From positions 57,414,001 through 57,478,000 of the forward strand of contig NC_045697.1 in NCBI RefSeq assembly GCF_009834535.1: a DNA stretch of 64,000 nt. The letters are read 5' to 3'. Under the pieces are notes generated by a model that was not told the DNA's origin, ran no database searches, and saw only the letters and a list, made by a program, of their open reading frames with translations. Below are positions 1-12,760 of this stretch, piece after piece. Position 1 is the stretch's first letter, and each line of letters starts with the position of its first letter. This stretch comes from Camelus ferus. Lineage: Eukaryota. Made by a program: the position numbers and the translations under genes.

Positions 1-59
1 AAAAGATATTCTTTCACCACCCCTGAAATCAGCCATTGTTCCAAGGAGCCTTTGGAGTA

Positions 60-216
60 CTTCTCCAAGCAGCATCTTATTCAAGTGATCAGAATTAATA
101 TCAGAAGTAGTTGAACGAATTTGCACTGGGTACTGCCTCATGAGATGCAATGAGAAAACCAGAACATTCTTCTGTGATATTCCTGCCAAAAATATTTAAC
201 TTGAATCTAATAATGA
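60..216 (+). mobile_element. Old L1 (L1MC/L1MD-class) 3' UTR fragment
   Basis: 'tgagatgcaatgagaaaaccagaacattcttctgtgatattcctgccaaaaatatttaacttgaatctaataatga' resembles the L1MC-type 3'UTR. It is similar to the reverse complement of 54400-54550 in this window. Confidence 0.6.
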
Positions 217-2574
217 CATTTGGAAATCAAGATTCAAATTTTAAGTATGCTCATTCTTACTGGGGTTTGGTGCTTTCGGATTTTGTTTGTGGTCAGGACT
301 GTGGGTTGCAAAAATATAAACAGATTTTCACTTCTATATTTTTCTACTTTTCTCTGTATGTACTAAAACTCTTAAGTACACAATGACAAACCCAAATTAG
401 TATAATAGCACAAGGTTCATTCTAGTGTGTTCTCCATTATTATTTAGGATAAGGTATTTTATGTAGAAAAGAAAAAAAGAAAGAGAAAAGGAAAAGGAAA
501 CTGTACAATAAAAACACCTGCTTGACCAAAGACCCCCATATATGCTGATTCAGATCTTCAGGCACTTTCTGACTTGATTTTCCATGAAACTGTTGGGTCC
601 TTAATTCTATACACATCTAGCAGCCAGCAAATGTACTAAAATAACTTTCATTTACATTGCACTGTCCCAGAACTCTCCCTGTATCTAAGGGGATCCAAGA
701 AATATAGCCCATAGCTAACCATTATAAGTGAACAACATATTAACATTATAAAAAGGGGGAGTGCAAACATTTGTTGAAAATATAATTATGTCAGTTACAC
801 CTTAATATGTCTCTCCTCTGCATGCCTGTTTTGATCAACCACAGGTAGACTTTTACCATAGCTTATAGGAATTAAAATAATCCCCAAATGATTTCAATGC
901 CTTCTCTCTTTTCCTGCCCACTCAATTTCATTCTTCTCTCTTCCAGCAGGTTGATCTAATTCTAAAATTTAACAAATTATTTAACTTTCTATGCATTCAA
1001 TGATATCTATTACCTAAAGAATAAACCTCACTGTCTAAGCATGGTTTATGTGATATATCTACTAACTGGCCTTTGCCTATGTTCTCATTCTCCACTTAAG
1101 GCAATTGAAGGCTCACATTTTATCATCCAGTGTGTGAACTTTGCAATTCCTCACACACCGCTTGCTTTTCCCCTGAATTATTACTAGAGACCCAAGTCAG
1201 AGATGATCTACTATATATAGCTTTTCCTTATTCATGTTGATTTGTTTATGCAAAGTGACAGAATGCAATATGTAATTGTATTTTTGGGGCGTTAGATTAT
1301 CAAATTTTTAGGACCAAGTCATGTGCTAATTAAAATTCTAATAGAATATAATATGAAAGTCTACTTCATTTACTATATTGTGCTATTTCAGATATCAATA
1401 TATTTGATATAAAAATTGAAAGAAAAAAGGGTATCTTATTATATGAGACAAAGGAAATGATGGTCAAGTTGTTTGAGCCAATTTTTATGTACCTGTGTAC
1501 AACATTGTCACTGCATATGCTAGAACACATTTTGCTCTCTTTATTCCCCATTGACCTGCAACAACATGGATCATAAAACACGATTTTTAACTCATTTATC
1601 ACTGATGCTAGCAAAAGACCTAGATCATAGCTAGTATACAAGTTTGTTAAGCTCCTCAAAATGTGGTATGTTTCAAATAAGATATTGTTTTCAGAAATTC
1701 TTTGGGTAAAATAAATTAAGATCTTGATTGGAGCAAGATATTTTTGAGACATGAATATAATAATTATATAAAGCATCTGTTCCACAGATTAAAGTGACAG
1801 AATAATAATAAAAATAATTTTAACCATTTGACATGCCTATGAGTTCCTGAAGTTTATACCAAACTATCTGTATGATCTCGATTTATGAAAATTATAGTTT
1901 TGCATTCATGTGAAAAACCATTCTACTTTTAAATATTTTATTTTATTTTATTACTGTTTTTTGCTGGCTAAGACATGCTGGAAGGAATTGCATTTTTGCA
2001 CAAACTTTTAAAATCTTATTAATTTACCTAGCACTTTCAAAGTGATGCATTGTTTCTCGTAAAAAATATCTCTGGCTTTTACATTTTAATCAGACTTCGA
2101 TTCTGAAATACTTGTCACTCTTAATGGGATATTAAAGTCTTCAGGGCTTTTTGTTTTTGGTTTTATTTATGTGAAATTTGGGGGAAAATTTTACTTTACA
2201 CTCTAACCTACGAAGCTTGTCATTTGAAATAATTTTGCATTTTCTGAAGACTTTCAAAGTGCATTAACACTTTGATGCCATCATTAAATTTAATAATAAT
2301 AGCTTAAAAAGGTGAATATGTAATATTGTATCTTTATATATATGTATCAAGTAGTGTATATGTATACTTTTGATATTTCTTTCAGACATTTTGCTGCAAA
2401 ATTAATTATACCTTAATTGGTACTTTTCTAAATAAGAAGACTTTATTCAGGTGCAATCATGTAAGTCAGTGGAATTGTATATGCTGTGCACGTATTTAAT
2501 ACATAATACTCTATTTGTTATTTAATATAAAGGTTAAGTCAGAGATACTAAACAGGAAAGACTCAGCATGTGTT

Positions 2575-2700
2575 TGTTCATTCACTTCTTCATTCATCAA
2601 ATAAGTACTAATTGCCTACTGTATATAAAGCACTTTGCTAGAAATGGGGTTTGTGCTTGGCAGTTGAATAGGTTGTTCCTTTCCTCATGTCATAAGAAAC
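2575..2700 (-). mobile_element. L2 LINE 3' end fragment
   Basis: 'ttcattcatcaaataagtactaattgcctactgtatataaagcactttgctag' matches the reverse-strand L2 tail (cattcattcaacaaatatttattgagcacctactatgtgccaggcactgtgctag). Confidence 0.6.
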
Positions 2701-2750
2701 AAAATGACACATATACAGAAAAAAGTGTCTGAAGAACAGATAATGTCATC

Positions 2751-2770
2751 ATATATATATATATATATAT

Positions 2771-2808
<38 letters not shown>
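2751..2808. repeat. (AT)n microsatellite with ACAT interruptions
   Basis: Directly visible dinucleotide run of about 58 bp. Confidence 0.97.
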
Positions 2809-2811
<3 letters not shown>

Positions 2812-5800
2812 CCTAGTTGTTGATTAATCCCACAAAACTAAAGGGCTGGAGGATTATAACTAACTCTCAAACAAAATGATATGTCTTCTTCCAAAGAGCT
2901 TGGAATGTGTATGTAAATGTGTTCTCTCAAACTGTCAAAGAAGCAAGACAATAGTGTCTCCAGGCAAAGACTTGATATTTAGGTACATATCTAATTATTA
3001 TCACTACATATTCTCAAATAGGGGCAAAAATTGTTATGTCAGTGAAAGTATATAAAACTTATAAAATTTCTAATGTGGAAAAGAAAACCACCTTGTCAAA
3101 AAAGATGGAAATATAATCAACAACAATTTATTTCGGCTCCATGTTGTTTGCATTAAATTGTGTTTAAGTGACTCAAAACAATGGAGCTGAAACTTGTAAA
3201 TAATAACTAGAAAATTTCTTTTGGAAAGGTGAGTCAAATATTAAGTTATTGGAAAGATAAGGGCATTTTCCTTGAATATGTAGAATTTAAAACTCTCTTG
3301 GAGTACAGATGGGAGTCAAGAAGGTAAATTTAGAAGAATAACAGTTTTTCAAATTATGGGAACAATGTTTACAAATGAAGTGATGAATTAGAATAAAACA
3401 TTCTTTCAGTGGTTCTGTGTGACAGGTGTGTGTGTGTGAGTGTGTGTGGGAGGGGGAGGCTTTGATATGTCTAGATCATAGGCCTCATATTTTATTTGTC
3501 ATTCTGAGAAGTTTGTTCTGTATTTTGTGACTGTGAGTGCTCTTTGAAGAACACGTGTATTCCATTGCGTAGACATTCTATATTTTTTTCAAGTGGCTTT
3601 TTTATTTGATAGATAAGAGATTAAACAGCAATGTAACTTACAAGACTTGCTGAAATTCTAAGAATTATTTAACTGGCTTTCTAATTTCAAACCCCTAGTT
3701 TAACACAAACAATAACTTCATTTTAGTAATCTTATTCCAACTATAATCATAATTTGACTAATCAAATGTCTAAGAAACACTTTGGACTACCATCATATTC
3801 TAAGCATGTTCAGCTTATTTTTAATTAAATAAGTTAGTTAATTTCTCTTATAGATACGATAAAGGACACAGTTCAGTTTCTCAATTCCCCCTGGATATTT
3901 TCTATGATAGTAAATCACATAGTAGTCCATATGTTCTCTGTTAAAACACTCTTATTCTAATGGTAAAAAAAAAAATCTTTTATCTGTCATACTTGTTTCA
4001 TTGATGTAAACTGTGTGGCCCTGAAGTCATATCCTTCTACCAAAGATACATTGGTACATAGCCCTTAGTCCAGGAGGCACATTCTCCTAAAATAAATACA
4101 AGTGAACTCTCTTCCTCTGTTGCTTTTCAACAGTCAGAAACTGACTTAACAACAAAACAGAAGAAGGAAGCGGTTGGTGGTCAAACTGGGAAGGAAGTAG
4201 TTTTTTAATTGATTTAATTGTTCATACTTTAAAATATCTTCATGTAACTGGCATGAGAAATGTAATCCTTTATTTGTTAAGGGTGGTGAGAAAATGCACT
4301 TTTTTTCCATTTGAAAGTAAAACTCTTTACCGTCTCAGCAATGAACTTTTCCCCTGAAGTTTATTTTTACAGAATTACCTAAAGCAATATAGAATCTCAA
4401 CCAATTAATCTTTTATAAGTTAGAAACATTTGCATATATATCATGGAATGGACAATGATGAGAGTATTTATATAATGGAAATTGAGGAATATTACCACTG
4501 AACTTTTGAGTCGTTGTTCTGTTGATTGTTTAAACATAAGGTTGGCAACTTTGTCTATTGTAACTGATTAAAACTACCAGCTTGATTACCTAATATTTGA
4601 GGTGATAATTTTGTATTTGTTTAGAGAAATGTGAATGATCTTCAGTATTGATTTGTGAAGTCTTTAATTACCAGTTTTAAGGCCTTATTAAGATGAAATG
4701 GGAAGCTTCCTAATTTTCTATACTGTGTAACAACTCAGAGAGCATAATGCCTACTTTATCTTTGAAGATTTTTGAAAGAGTTTCTGAAAAACAAATTACC
4801 AAGTAAAACACAAGTTGCCTGGTTTCTTTTTCAGTCTGAAATCAGACTATAAGCTGATTCATCTATAGCTCATTATAAGCTTAGACTATAAATCATCAAC
4901 TATTCTAAAAAATATGGTTGCTAAGTGTAGTTCTTCCTAATTTTTCAATTCTCATACAGATGCTCAGATTTTACAAAATTTACATTTATTGAATAAATCA
5001 ATAAAAGTTTAGAAAATTTGCTCAGATCCAGTTCAAATAACTTTAATGCTAATAATAACCTATTATAGCTATTAAACTTAGATTTCATAGATTTATATGC
5101 CTACTGTATAACCTTCCGAAGTAGATTATTTTTATGTTTTCAAGACACAAACAAAGGAAAAACTTTTTAGATAACTTACTCAATAAAACTTAAGCTTAGT
5201 TGTCAAATATATTTTTGAAAAACATTTGATTCTATTGTTTTAATTATCTAAGTACAATTTTTATCTAACATATAATATGTCACAATGAATCAATACACTC
5301 AGAATTTAAGAATCTGTATTTCATTTGCAAGAGATTCTGACATAACATAGCTTCTTGCCCTTTGGAAAACGCTTGACAAGTTATATCATACTTAACTCCT
5401 GTGAGTTAGCAAGCTGTTACCTAATTAGAGAAAAAAAACAATGTATTCTTTTATATTGAGATGAAACTCAAAATAAATAAATTCTAACTTTCTTACAGAA
5501 TTCAGGAAGTTAAATGTTTTTAAAGCCTTTGCTCACATTGAAAGTACATTTTTTGTTGAATTAAGAATAATTAGATCAATATATATGAATTTTATGTGTT
5601 CCAGTTTCAACACGTAACGATACATAAGTTAGATTTTGTCACTACTCTTATCAAAAGTCCTCAATGGCTTCTGATTTTATTTGGACCAAGTTTAAATCAA
5701 TGATATTTAAGCTAAGTCATTATTTTAATCCAGAATATTATTAAATATTATTTTGTAGGTAATTCTAATAAGATATAAATGAATATATTTAAGCCTTAAA

Positions 5801-6619
5801 ATAAAAAGGTTAAAGTGCAGTGATTAAGCTCAACATTTAAAGCAATTCAAGTTCCACTATAAAAGAGAGTATAGACATGACAGTGGTATGTTCCTGTGTT
5901 TTTTCTTTTCTTTGTGAGGCTGTCTGTTACTTTTATTAGTCAATATTCCAACCATAATTGGGAAGAGTGAGAAAGATCAAAAGAGGGAGAGAGAATAATT
6001 CTGTAATTAAAATCTCATTCTAACTAGAGACAACGTAATTTTTATATTAGCGCAAGTCACAAAATAAATACACTTTGATGACAACAAGACTAGAGTTCAC
6101 TTTGCCTAATATGAGTATGATACCTGCTATGGTTAAGAAAATATATTTCTCACTACAATTAAAACCTGTAACTACCTGTCTACACATAACCTAGCAAGCT
6201 TAGCTCACTAGAATGAAGGTTGAGAATGCAGATTTTCGTAATAAATTTAGATCTGACATGACTAATTTTACACCCTCGACATGTAAATATTATTAAAATG
6301 AGAAAAATCCAAGTGTGTACAATGCTTTAAAAATTATAATTTCCAAAGTGAGTAAATAATATAATTGTTTGCATGTCTGATTGAGTCATTCTGTTGTTAA
6401 ATTTGTTTATAATCATTTTCTGAGACTTGACCCATGGAATCATAATCAGGGAAACCTTATTACGGCTTTGAGGTTACAGAAAGTAACCTCCAGCTGGCTG
6501 AGCAAGCTTACTAATCCTGGATGCTGCTGCTTTGTTTCTTAGTTCATTCAGCACTTTTTTTTTTTCCTTTGGTTGTTTTGGTGTGTCTATGCTTTTATTT
6601 TTGTTTGTTCTGGTTTATT

Positions 6620-7430
6620 TTTTAATAGGAAATTTTTCTTCAAACTGTGATATATGGACAGAAAACTGCCAGAAACATACACACACACACACACACACAG
6701 TTTAAAGAAAATCATGAATCACAAACCACTGTATTCATACATATGCCAAAGGATAGCATATTTACATGACCCCAAAGGCCACATGTTTATCTTCACTGAT
6801 CAGAAACTTCTCCCTCCATCCTTGGTGCAACCATTATCCAACATTCTGTGATTAGCATTTTGTTTGTTTTCTTTATACTTTTGCCCCCTATATAAGTATA
6901 TCTAAGAATCAAAACATTTTGTTTTCTGTTTTAAGAATTTATATAAATGGATTCATGATGTCTGTGTTTCTTTGTGTCCTGCATCTTTTTGCTTATTATT
7001 AGGTTTTTGTGATCCACCTTTCTCATTACTGGTATCTACAGTTTAATATTTTTATTATTGTATGGTTTGTGTTAATATACCACAATTATTTGCTCATCCA
7101 TCCTTTTCCTGGTAAATATTTAGATTGTGTGTAGTTTTTAAATACATACAATTGTAAATGAAAAAAATGCTACTCTGAACATTTTTGTACATGTCTGATG
7201 TGAATAGGTGCAGGCATTTTTCTTGGGTATTTAATCAGGAATAAAGTTACTGAGTCAAAATTATGTATCTTTCCAAATTTTCTATATACTTTGTTGTTTT
7301 CCAACTTATTTTTATTGTTTATGCTCCAATTGTCTATATATGAAAGTTTCTTTGCTTAGAATACTCCCCAACCAACACTTAGTAATATCAAATAATTTGT
7401 AATGGCATCTTGTGATTTAACTTGATTATA
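6620..7430 (-). mobile_element. Ancient L1ME-class LINE 3' region (contains a short (AC)n)
   Basis: Typical reverse-strand L1ME motifs: 'atataaatggattcat', 'ccacaattatttgctcatcc', 'tgctactctgaacatttttgtacatgtc', 'gttactgagtcaaaa'. Confidence 0.75.
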
Positions 7431-7539
7431 TTCCAAAAATAATGAAATAAATTTATTTTTAATTAATATTTTAAAATATAATAATAATGAGTCATTTAAT
7501 CAGTGATGATACAATCAGAAAAGCAAAAGATGCCCTAGG

Positions 7540-8420
7540 TAGAATGTAGAAAGAAATTTATCATAAGGAATTAAAAATAACAAAACTTTTGGTAAATCAA
7601 GTGAAGCTTAAATCACAAAAAGATGTTAGAAATGGATGATTCACGGGAGAAAGCCTGGAAGCCACAATGAATCTCAGCAACCTTATTATATGTTGCCACC
7701 CCGGAGATTTTTCAGCCGCTTTCTTGAAAGCATCAGTAAATCTCAGCAATTGAATTGTGAACCATTGCCGATTTTAGCTGCCTACTGTACCAATGCTGTT
7801 GATTTCCGAAGATTTGCCTCTGCTGAAGTTTTTCTTACAACTTCTTTCATAGAAAAGGGTTTCTCCTACCTTCCTTTCTTACAATTCTACTGAGAACTTC
7901 TCATAGTAGATTTTAATGCAAGCCATATGGAGAAATGGATTCTGAGCAAATCTCCAGTTTCCCATCTGTGATGTATGTCATGCTGTGCAACCTAGTAGGT
8001 GCAGAATCACTACACACCCTTGGCTGCATCTAAACCTCTCAGCACCAATGCTTCTGTGTACACAGTACAAACCATCTCTTAACACAACAGAAAAGATACT
8101 TATGCTCTCTCCTAAAGCAGAGTATATATATCTCATAAATTTCTGCATCTATTTGTGGGTGATAATAAATGTTATTCTAGCTTAATTCCTATTATGTTTT
8201 GATACTATAACATAAATCTTGAATTATAGGTTTTACATATCCAGGAAGAGGAAAGGGGAAACTGGCTAATATATGCAAATATGTGCATAAAAGTAAGAAA
8301 GAAAATATGCCTAGTTTTTCCTTGTATCTCTTACTGGTCATGAAGCCTTGGTTACTATTTATAGCTTCCTCCTTCTACTCTTTAATTTTTATTCCCCTTT
8401 TTTATTGAGCACCCCAGCTT
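7540..8420 (-). mobile_element. Degraded ERVL-class LTR plus adjoining internal 3' end
   Basis: 8240-8420 ('ctggtcatgaagccttggttactatttatagcttcctccttctac...agcaccccagct') resembles the ERVL internal 3' end also seen at 50570-50760. LTR-like 'ggattctgagcaaat' lies near 7940. Confidence 0.5.
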
Positions 8421-9154
8421 GAATGCTATACTTTATATTCAATTTCATGAAATAATTCACACACTGATAAAAATATATAAAATCAATAATTTCAAGTCAT
8501 TTGAGAGAAAATATGTATACAAGGCTCACTTATAACATTCTTGAAAATTATTATAATTTTTAAAATGCATTATATTCAGGAGAGTTCTAATACTTCAACC
8601 AATGTCTGTAATATGCATAGCAACTGACTTCAGGATAAAGATGCTTTCTGTAGAAGAAGTGTAGACTTTACTTAGTTAACCAAGTATTCTTATAGTATAT
8701 TTAGATATAAAAAATCTAAGCTTTTAAAGAATAAAATATGGACACAAGATCATTGATATTATAGCAAAATGTAATACAATGTAAGTGCATAAAAGTGCAT
8801 ACCCAGTTAATTGAAATGAAAACCCAACTTTAAAGAAGAGTGTCATTGGTGTTGTTTCCTCATATTCTTATGGCATAATACTTGTCAATAATAATAAGAG
8901 ACTGGACATTAATCAGATAAACTCCACTTTATTATGTTCCTAATTATTAAATGACCTAATTCTCATTGACATGTAAATAGAAGCTGGGTACCACAAATTA
9001 ACAGCACTGGATTATTTAAACAAGGTATGTTTTGAAGTACAGTAATTATATTATAATTTAAAATTTGCAGTTTTTTAAAAATATGCTTTCCTTTTGTCTT
9101 CCTTTTCTCTTATACTTTTTTCCTTTCTTGCTTTTCTAAAATGTGCCCCTTAGT

Positions 9155-9525
9155 TTCCAAAATATACAAACAGCTCATATAGCTTAATATAAAAAAAAAT
9201 CAAAAAATGGACAGAAGATCTAAATAGACATTTCATCAAAGAAGACATCCAAATGACCAACAGGCTCATGAAAAGATGCTCAATATTGCTAATTATTAGA
9301 GAAATGCAGATCAAAAGTATAATGAGGTATCACCTCACACCACTCAGAGTGGCCATCATCAAAAAAGTCTACAAATAATAAATGCTGGAGACAGTGTGGG
9401 AAAAGGAACCTTCCTACATTGTTGGTGAGAACTGTAAATTCGTTAAGCTGCTATGGAGGACAGTATGGAAGTTCCTTAAAAAACTAAAAATACACTACCA
9501 TATGATTCAGCATTCCCTTTTCCTG
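9155..9525 (+). mobile_element. L1 ORF2 C-terminal internal fragment (cetartiodactyl-type L1)
   Basis: Clear L1 ORF2 sequence: 'aaatggacagaagatctaaatagacatttc...gaaatgcagatcaaaagtataatgaggtatcacctcacacc...accatatgattcagcattccc'. No 3'UTR or poly(A). Confidence 0.92.
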
Positions 9526-9769
9526 CAATCATATAATGGGGACTGAGTAGCAAGTTTGTTCCCCTTACTGCGTGTATGAATTACTTATGGAGGTTCTCCT
9601 TAGATCACAATTTATTATCATTTCATTATGAAATAGATATCCTCATGCATCTCACTTAATTAATTTTCAGATTAATTATATATTTTCAGAAATCTTATTA
9701 GTTATAAAATGTGTTAAATTTCAGGAATGGTTTCCTAGTTTTCAATAAATTTAGGGCCATTAATTATGT

Positions 9770-10320
9770 TCTTTTCTACAGATGATAAGGTTATTTGTTA
9801 CAAGAATTTGACCTTACACAGGAGTGGTTGAGCAGGATCTGTAAGGTTGTAGTCTTCACGCCTAATGTGAGAATTACATGTCCATAGGTCAGGTAGGCAG
9901 AGAGATGAGAAAGAGCAAGAACAAATGGAACTCATAAATACAAACTCCACGAGACAGAAGGCAATCCATGTGTTTGTTACTTTTGGCCTTGATGGTGTGT
10001 TATCCTTCAGAAGTTAGGGTCATTAGTCTTAGAGCTAAATATACACAGACCTTGCCAGGAGTCAGAGAAGTTGAAGGAGAGTCCAATGGAAGGCAGAGAA
10101 GTAGAGGCACAGCCTCTGCCTCATGCCCACCAGGTGAGTCCCCAGATCAATGACAATGAGTATGAGCTACTAAATGGCTGCAGCTTCACTTCCACCCTTG
10201 AAATCTCTCACAGGAGACAATCTCAGGACCCATTCAAATCAGAGATACACAAGACACAAATGGGGATTCTGGAAAATATAGTTTAACTTGGGCAAGTTCA
10301 CACATCACAGTCACCAAAAT
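9770..10320 (-). mobile_element. ERVL-class solo LTR (LTR41/LTR52/MLT2F-like)
   Basis: The terminus 'ggggattctggaaaatatagtttaacttgggcaagttcacacatcacagtcacca' is the reverse complement of the typical ERVL LTR start (tgtg...gtgtcaacttgg...tttcccagaatcccc). Confidence 0.65.
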
Positions 10321-11409
10321 GAGCCATAGCAAATATCTTAACCTTGGAGATTTTCACTGTGTGTCACCAATAAAGCAAAGGGATTTTTAGGTGAATTTCA
10401 AAAGGATTTTAATAATGATTGATGGTATGAAAATGTCTTTCATTCATTTGGTTTAATATCTTGGAATAATTTGCAGAAGCTAAATAAACAATATATCCAT
10501 TTTTAATATCTTAGACATTTCAAATTTGGGCAGATTATATTGTTCTATGAAGGAACAGAGGTGTAAAGAAGTTTAATTACTTGATTAAATAAAGTGCCAA
10601 ATATTTACCTAACCTGCTGAATATAGAGAAATGGGTATTATGATTCCAGGACCAGTGATTTATATTCTAAGTAATATATGATCCAGTATTTTAGAAGACA
10701 GCTAAATCCAACTCAGAGAAAACTTTTAAATTATAGTTAATAATAATTGAGATGAAAGGAGGAATCTTCAGGAGGATGGCTTGATAAAAGGAGAAAATGG
10801 TTCAAAGTTTTTAATAGAATATAAAGATTTTTGAAGAATTGGAGTATTCCTCTGCAATATATCATCCATTGTAATACATATCTTAGAAAATTTTGTAGAC
10901 ACTGTCAGTTCCTCCATGAAGTGGCAGTTGGAAAGGATAAGTGTTATCTGTATTCAGTATAGATGCTCAAGATGCTGAAGTGTGCTATTTTTTTCCTATG
11001 ATGGAAATGGAATAAAAGAAGGGGGGATAGTTTTTCAATTATTTCCATTATACCCCATAGTATAAGTGGGTTTGCGGTGCCAGAATATAGAATGACAGAA
11101 CTTGAAAGATGAAAAATGCCATATTACCATTATTGTGCTCTACACTACTTCGACAAAAACAAGTTACTGAGACAGATACCAAATATTGTCATTCAAAATT
11201 GAAAGCAAATATTGGATCCACTCACATGTTTGTAGAAATGGATAGGGAGGATACTGGGTAAGTTTAAATACTCTGTGCTATAATCTTTTCAGCCTTTTGC
11301 AAAGCATGTTTTAAGGTAGCCACTCAAAAAGAATGTTAGCTATCTTTAAATTTTGTTTCTTACAAAAATTTTGCAACTTCACTCTTGGTATCTTTTTTAA
11401 CCTTTTTTT

Positions 11410-12760
11410 TTCTAAATAGACTTTATTTTTTAAGAGCAGTTTTAGGTTACAGTAAAATTGAGGAGAAAGTACACAGTTCCCTTATACCTTTTACCCCAAC
11501 ACACTCATAGCCTCCCCACTGTCAACATCTCACACTAGGGTGGTATATTTGTTATAACTGATGAATCTACATTGACACGTCATTGTCACCCAAAGTCCAT
11601 AGTTTACATTAGGGTTCATTCTTGGTATTGTATATTCTATGACTTTCAACAAAATTTTAATGACATGTTATCACCATGATAGTATCATAGAGAAGAGTTT
11701 CACTGCCCTAAAAATCTCTTGTGTTCTCTCTTTTCATTCCTAACCTTTTCCCTAACCCCTGGCAACCAGATCTTACAGAGACAGCACAATTCTATAGGTT
11801 TGCCTTTTCTATCATGGTATATAGCTGAAATCATATAGTAAGTAACTTTTTCATAATGACTTTTTTTCCCTTAGTAATATGCATTTAAGTTTCCTCTATG
11901 TTTTTTCATGCCTTGATAGTGCCTTTATTTTTAGCACTTAATAGTGTTTCACCATCTGACTATACCACTGTTTATTTATCCAGTCACCTACTGAAGAACA
12001 TCTTGGTTGCCTCAAAGTTTTGGCAAATATGAATAGAGTTACTAAAAACATTTGCATGCAGGTTTTTTTACAGACGTGAGTTTTCAACTCATTTAGGTAA
12101 ATATTAAAGAGTGCGATTTCTGGATTTTATGGTAAGAATGGGTTTAGTTTTATAAGCAACTGGTAGAATTCTAAAGTACCATTTTGCATTTCCACCAGCA
12201 GTAAGAGTTTCTGCTGTTCCACATTCTTGCCCATCATTTGATGTTGTCACTGTTTCAGATCTTGTCCATTTGAAAAAGTGTATAGTAGTGTCTCGTTTTG
12301 ATTTGCGATTGACATATGTAGTATATTTTTACATGTTTATTTGCCATATGTATATCTTCTTTTGGTAAGGTATCTGTTCAGGCTCTTGACCTATCTTTTA
12401 ATTAGGCTCTTCACTTTCTTATTGTCAAGTTTTAAGAGTTCTTTGTATATTTTGGATAACAGCCCTTTATCACATCTTTGCAAATATTTTCTCTCAGTCT
12501 GTGTCTTGCCTTCTTATTCTCTTGACAATGTCTTTTGTACAGTAGAAGTCTTAAACTTTAATGGAGGCCAGCTTATTTATTATTTCTTTCATGGATCATG
12601 AATTGAATTTTTTTTAAATCATCACTATACCCAAGGTCACCTAGATTTTCTCCTATATTACTTTATAGGAGATATCTATATAATCTATCTACATATGTAT
12701 ATATATATTCTAAGTATAAGAGCTAATTTTTATGAAGAGTGTAAATCTGTGCCTAAATTC
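11410..12760 (-). mobile_element. L1MC1-like LINE, 3' UTR and ORF2 end
   Basis: Diagnostic tail 'tagactttattttttaagagcagttttaggttacagtaaaattgag...cacccaaagtccatagtttacattagggttca' followed by reverse-strand ORF2 sequence. Confidence 0.88.

Noticed and set aside
4110..4210. Strong-looking splice acceptor (ttgcttttcaacag) followed by a short open frame SETDLTTKQKKEAVGGQTGKE
   Set aside because: There is no convincing donor before the stop and the peptide is unrecognised. It is likely a chance polypyrimidine-AG.
6470..6490. 8-bp hairpin gaggttac/gtaacctc
   Set aside because: Too short to be distinguishable from chance.
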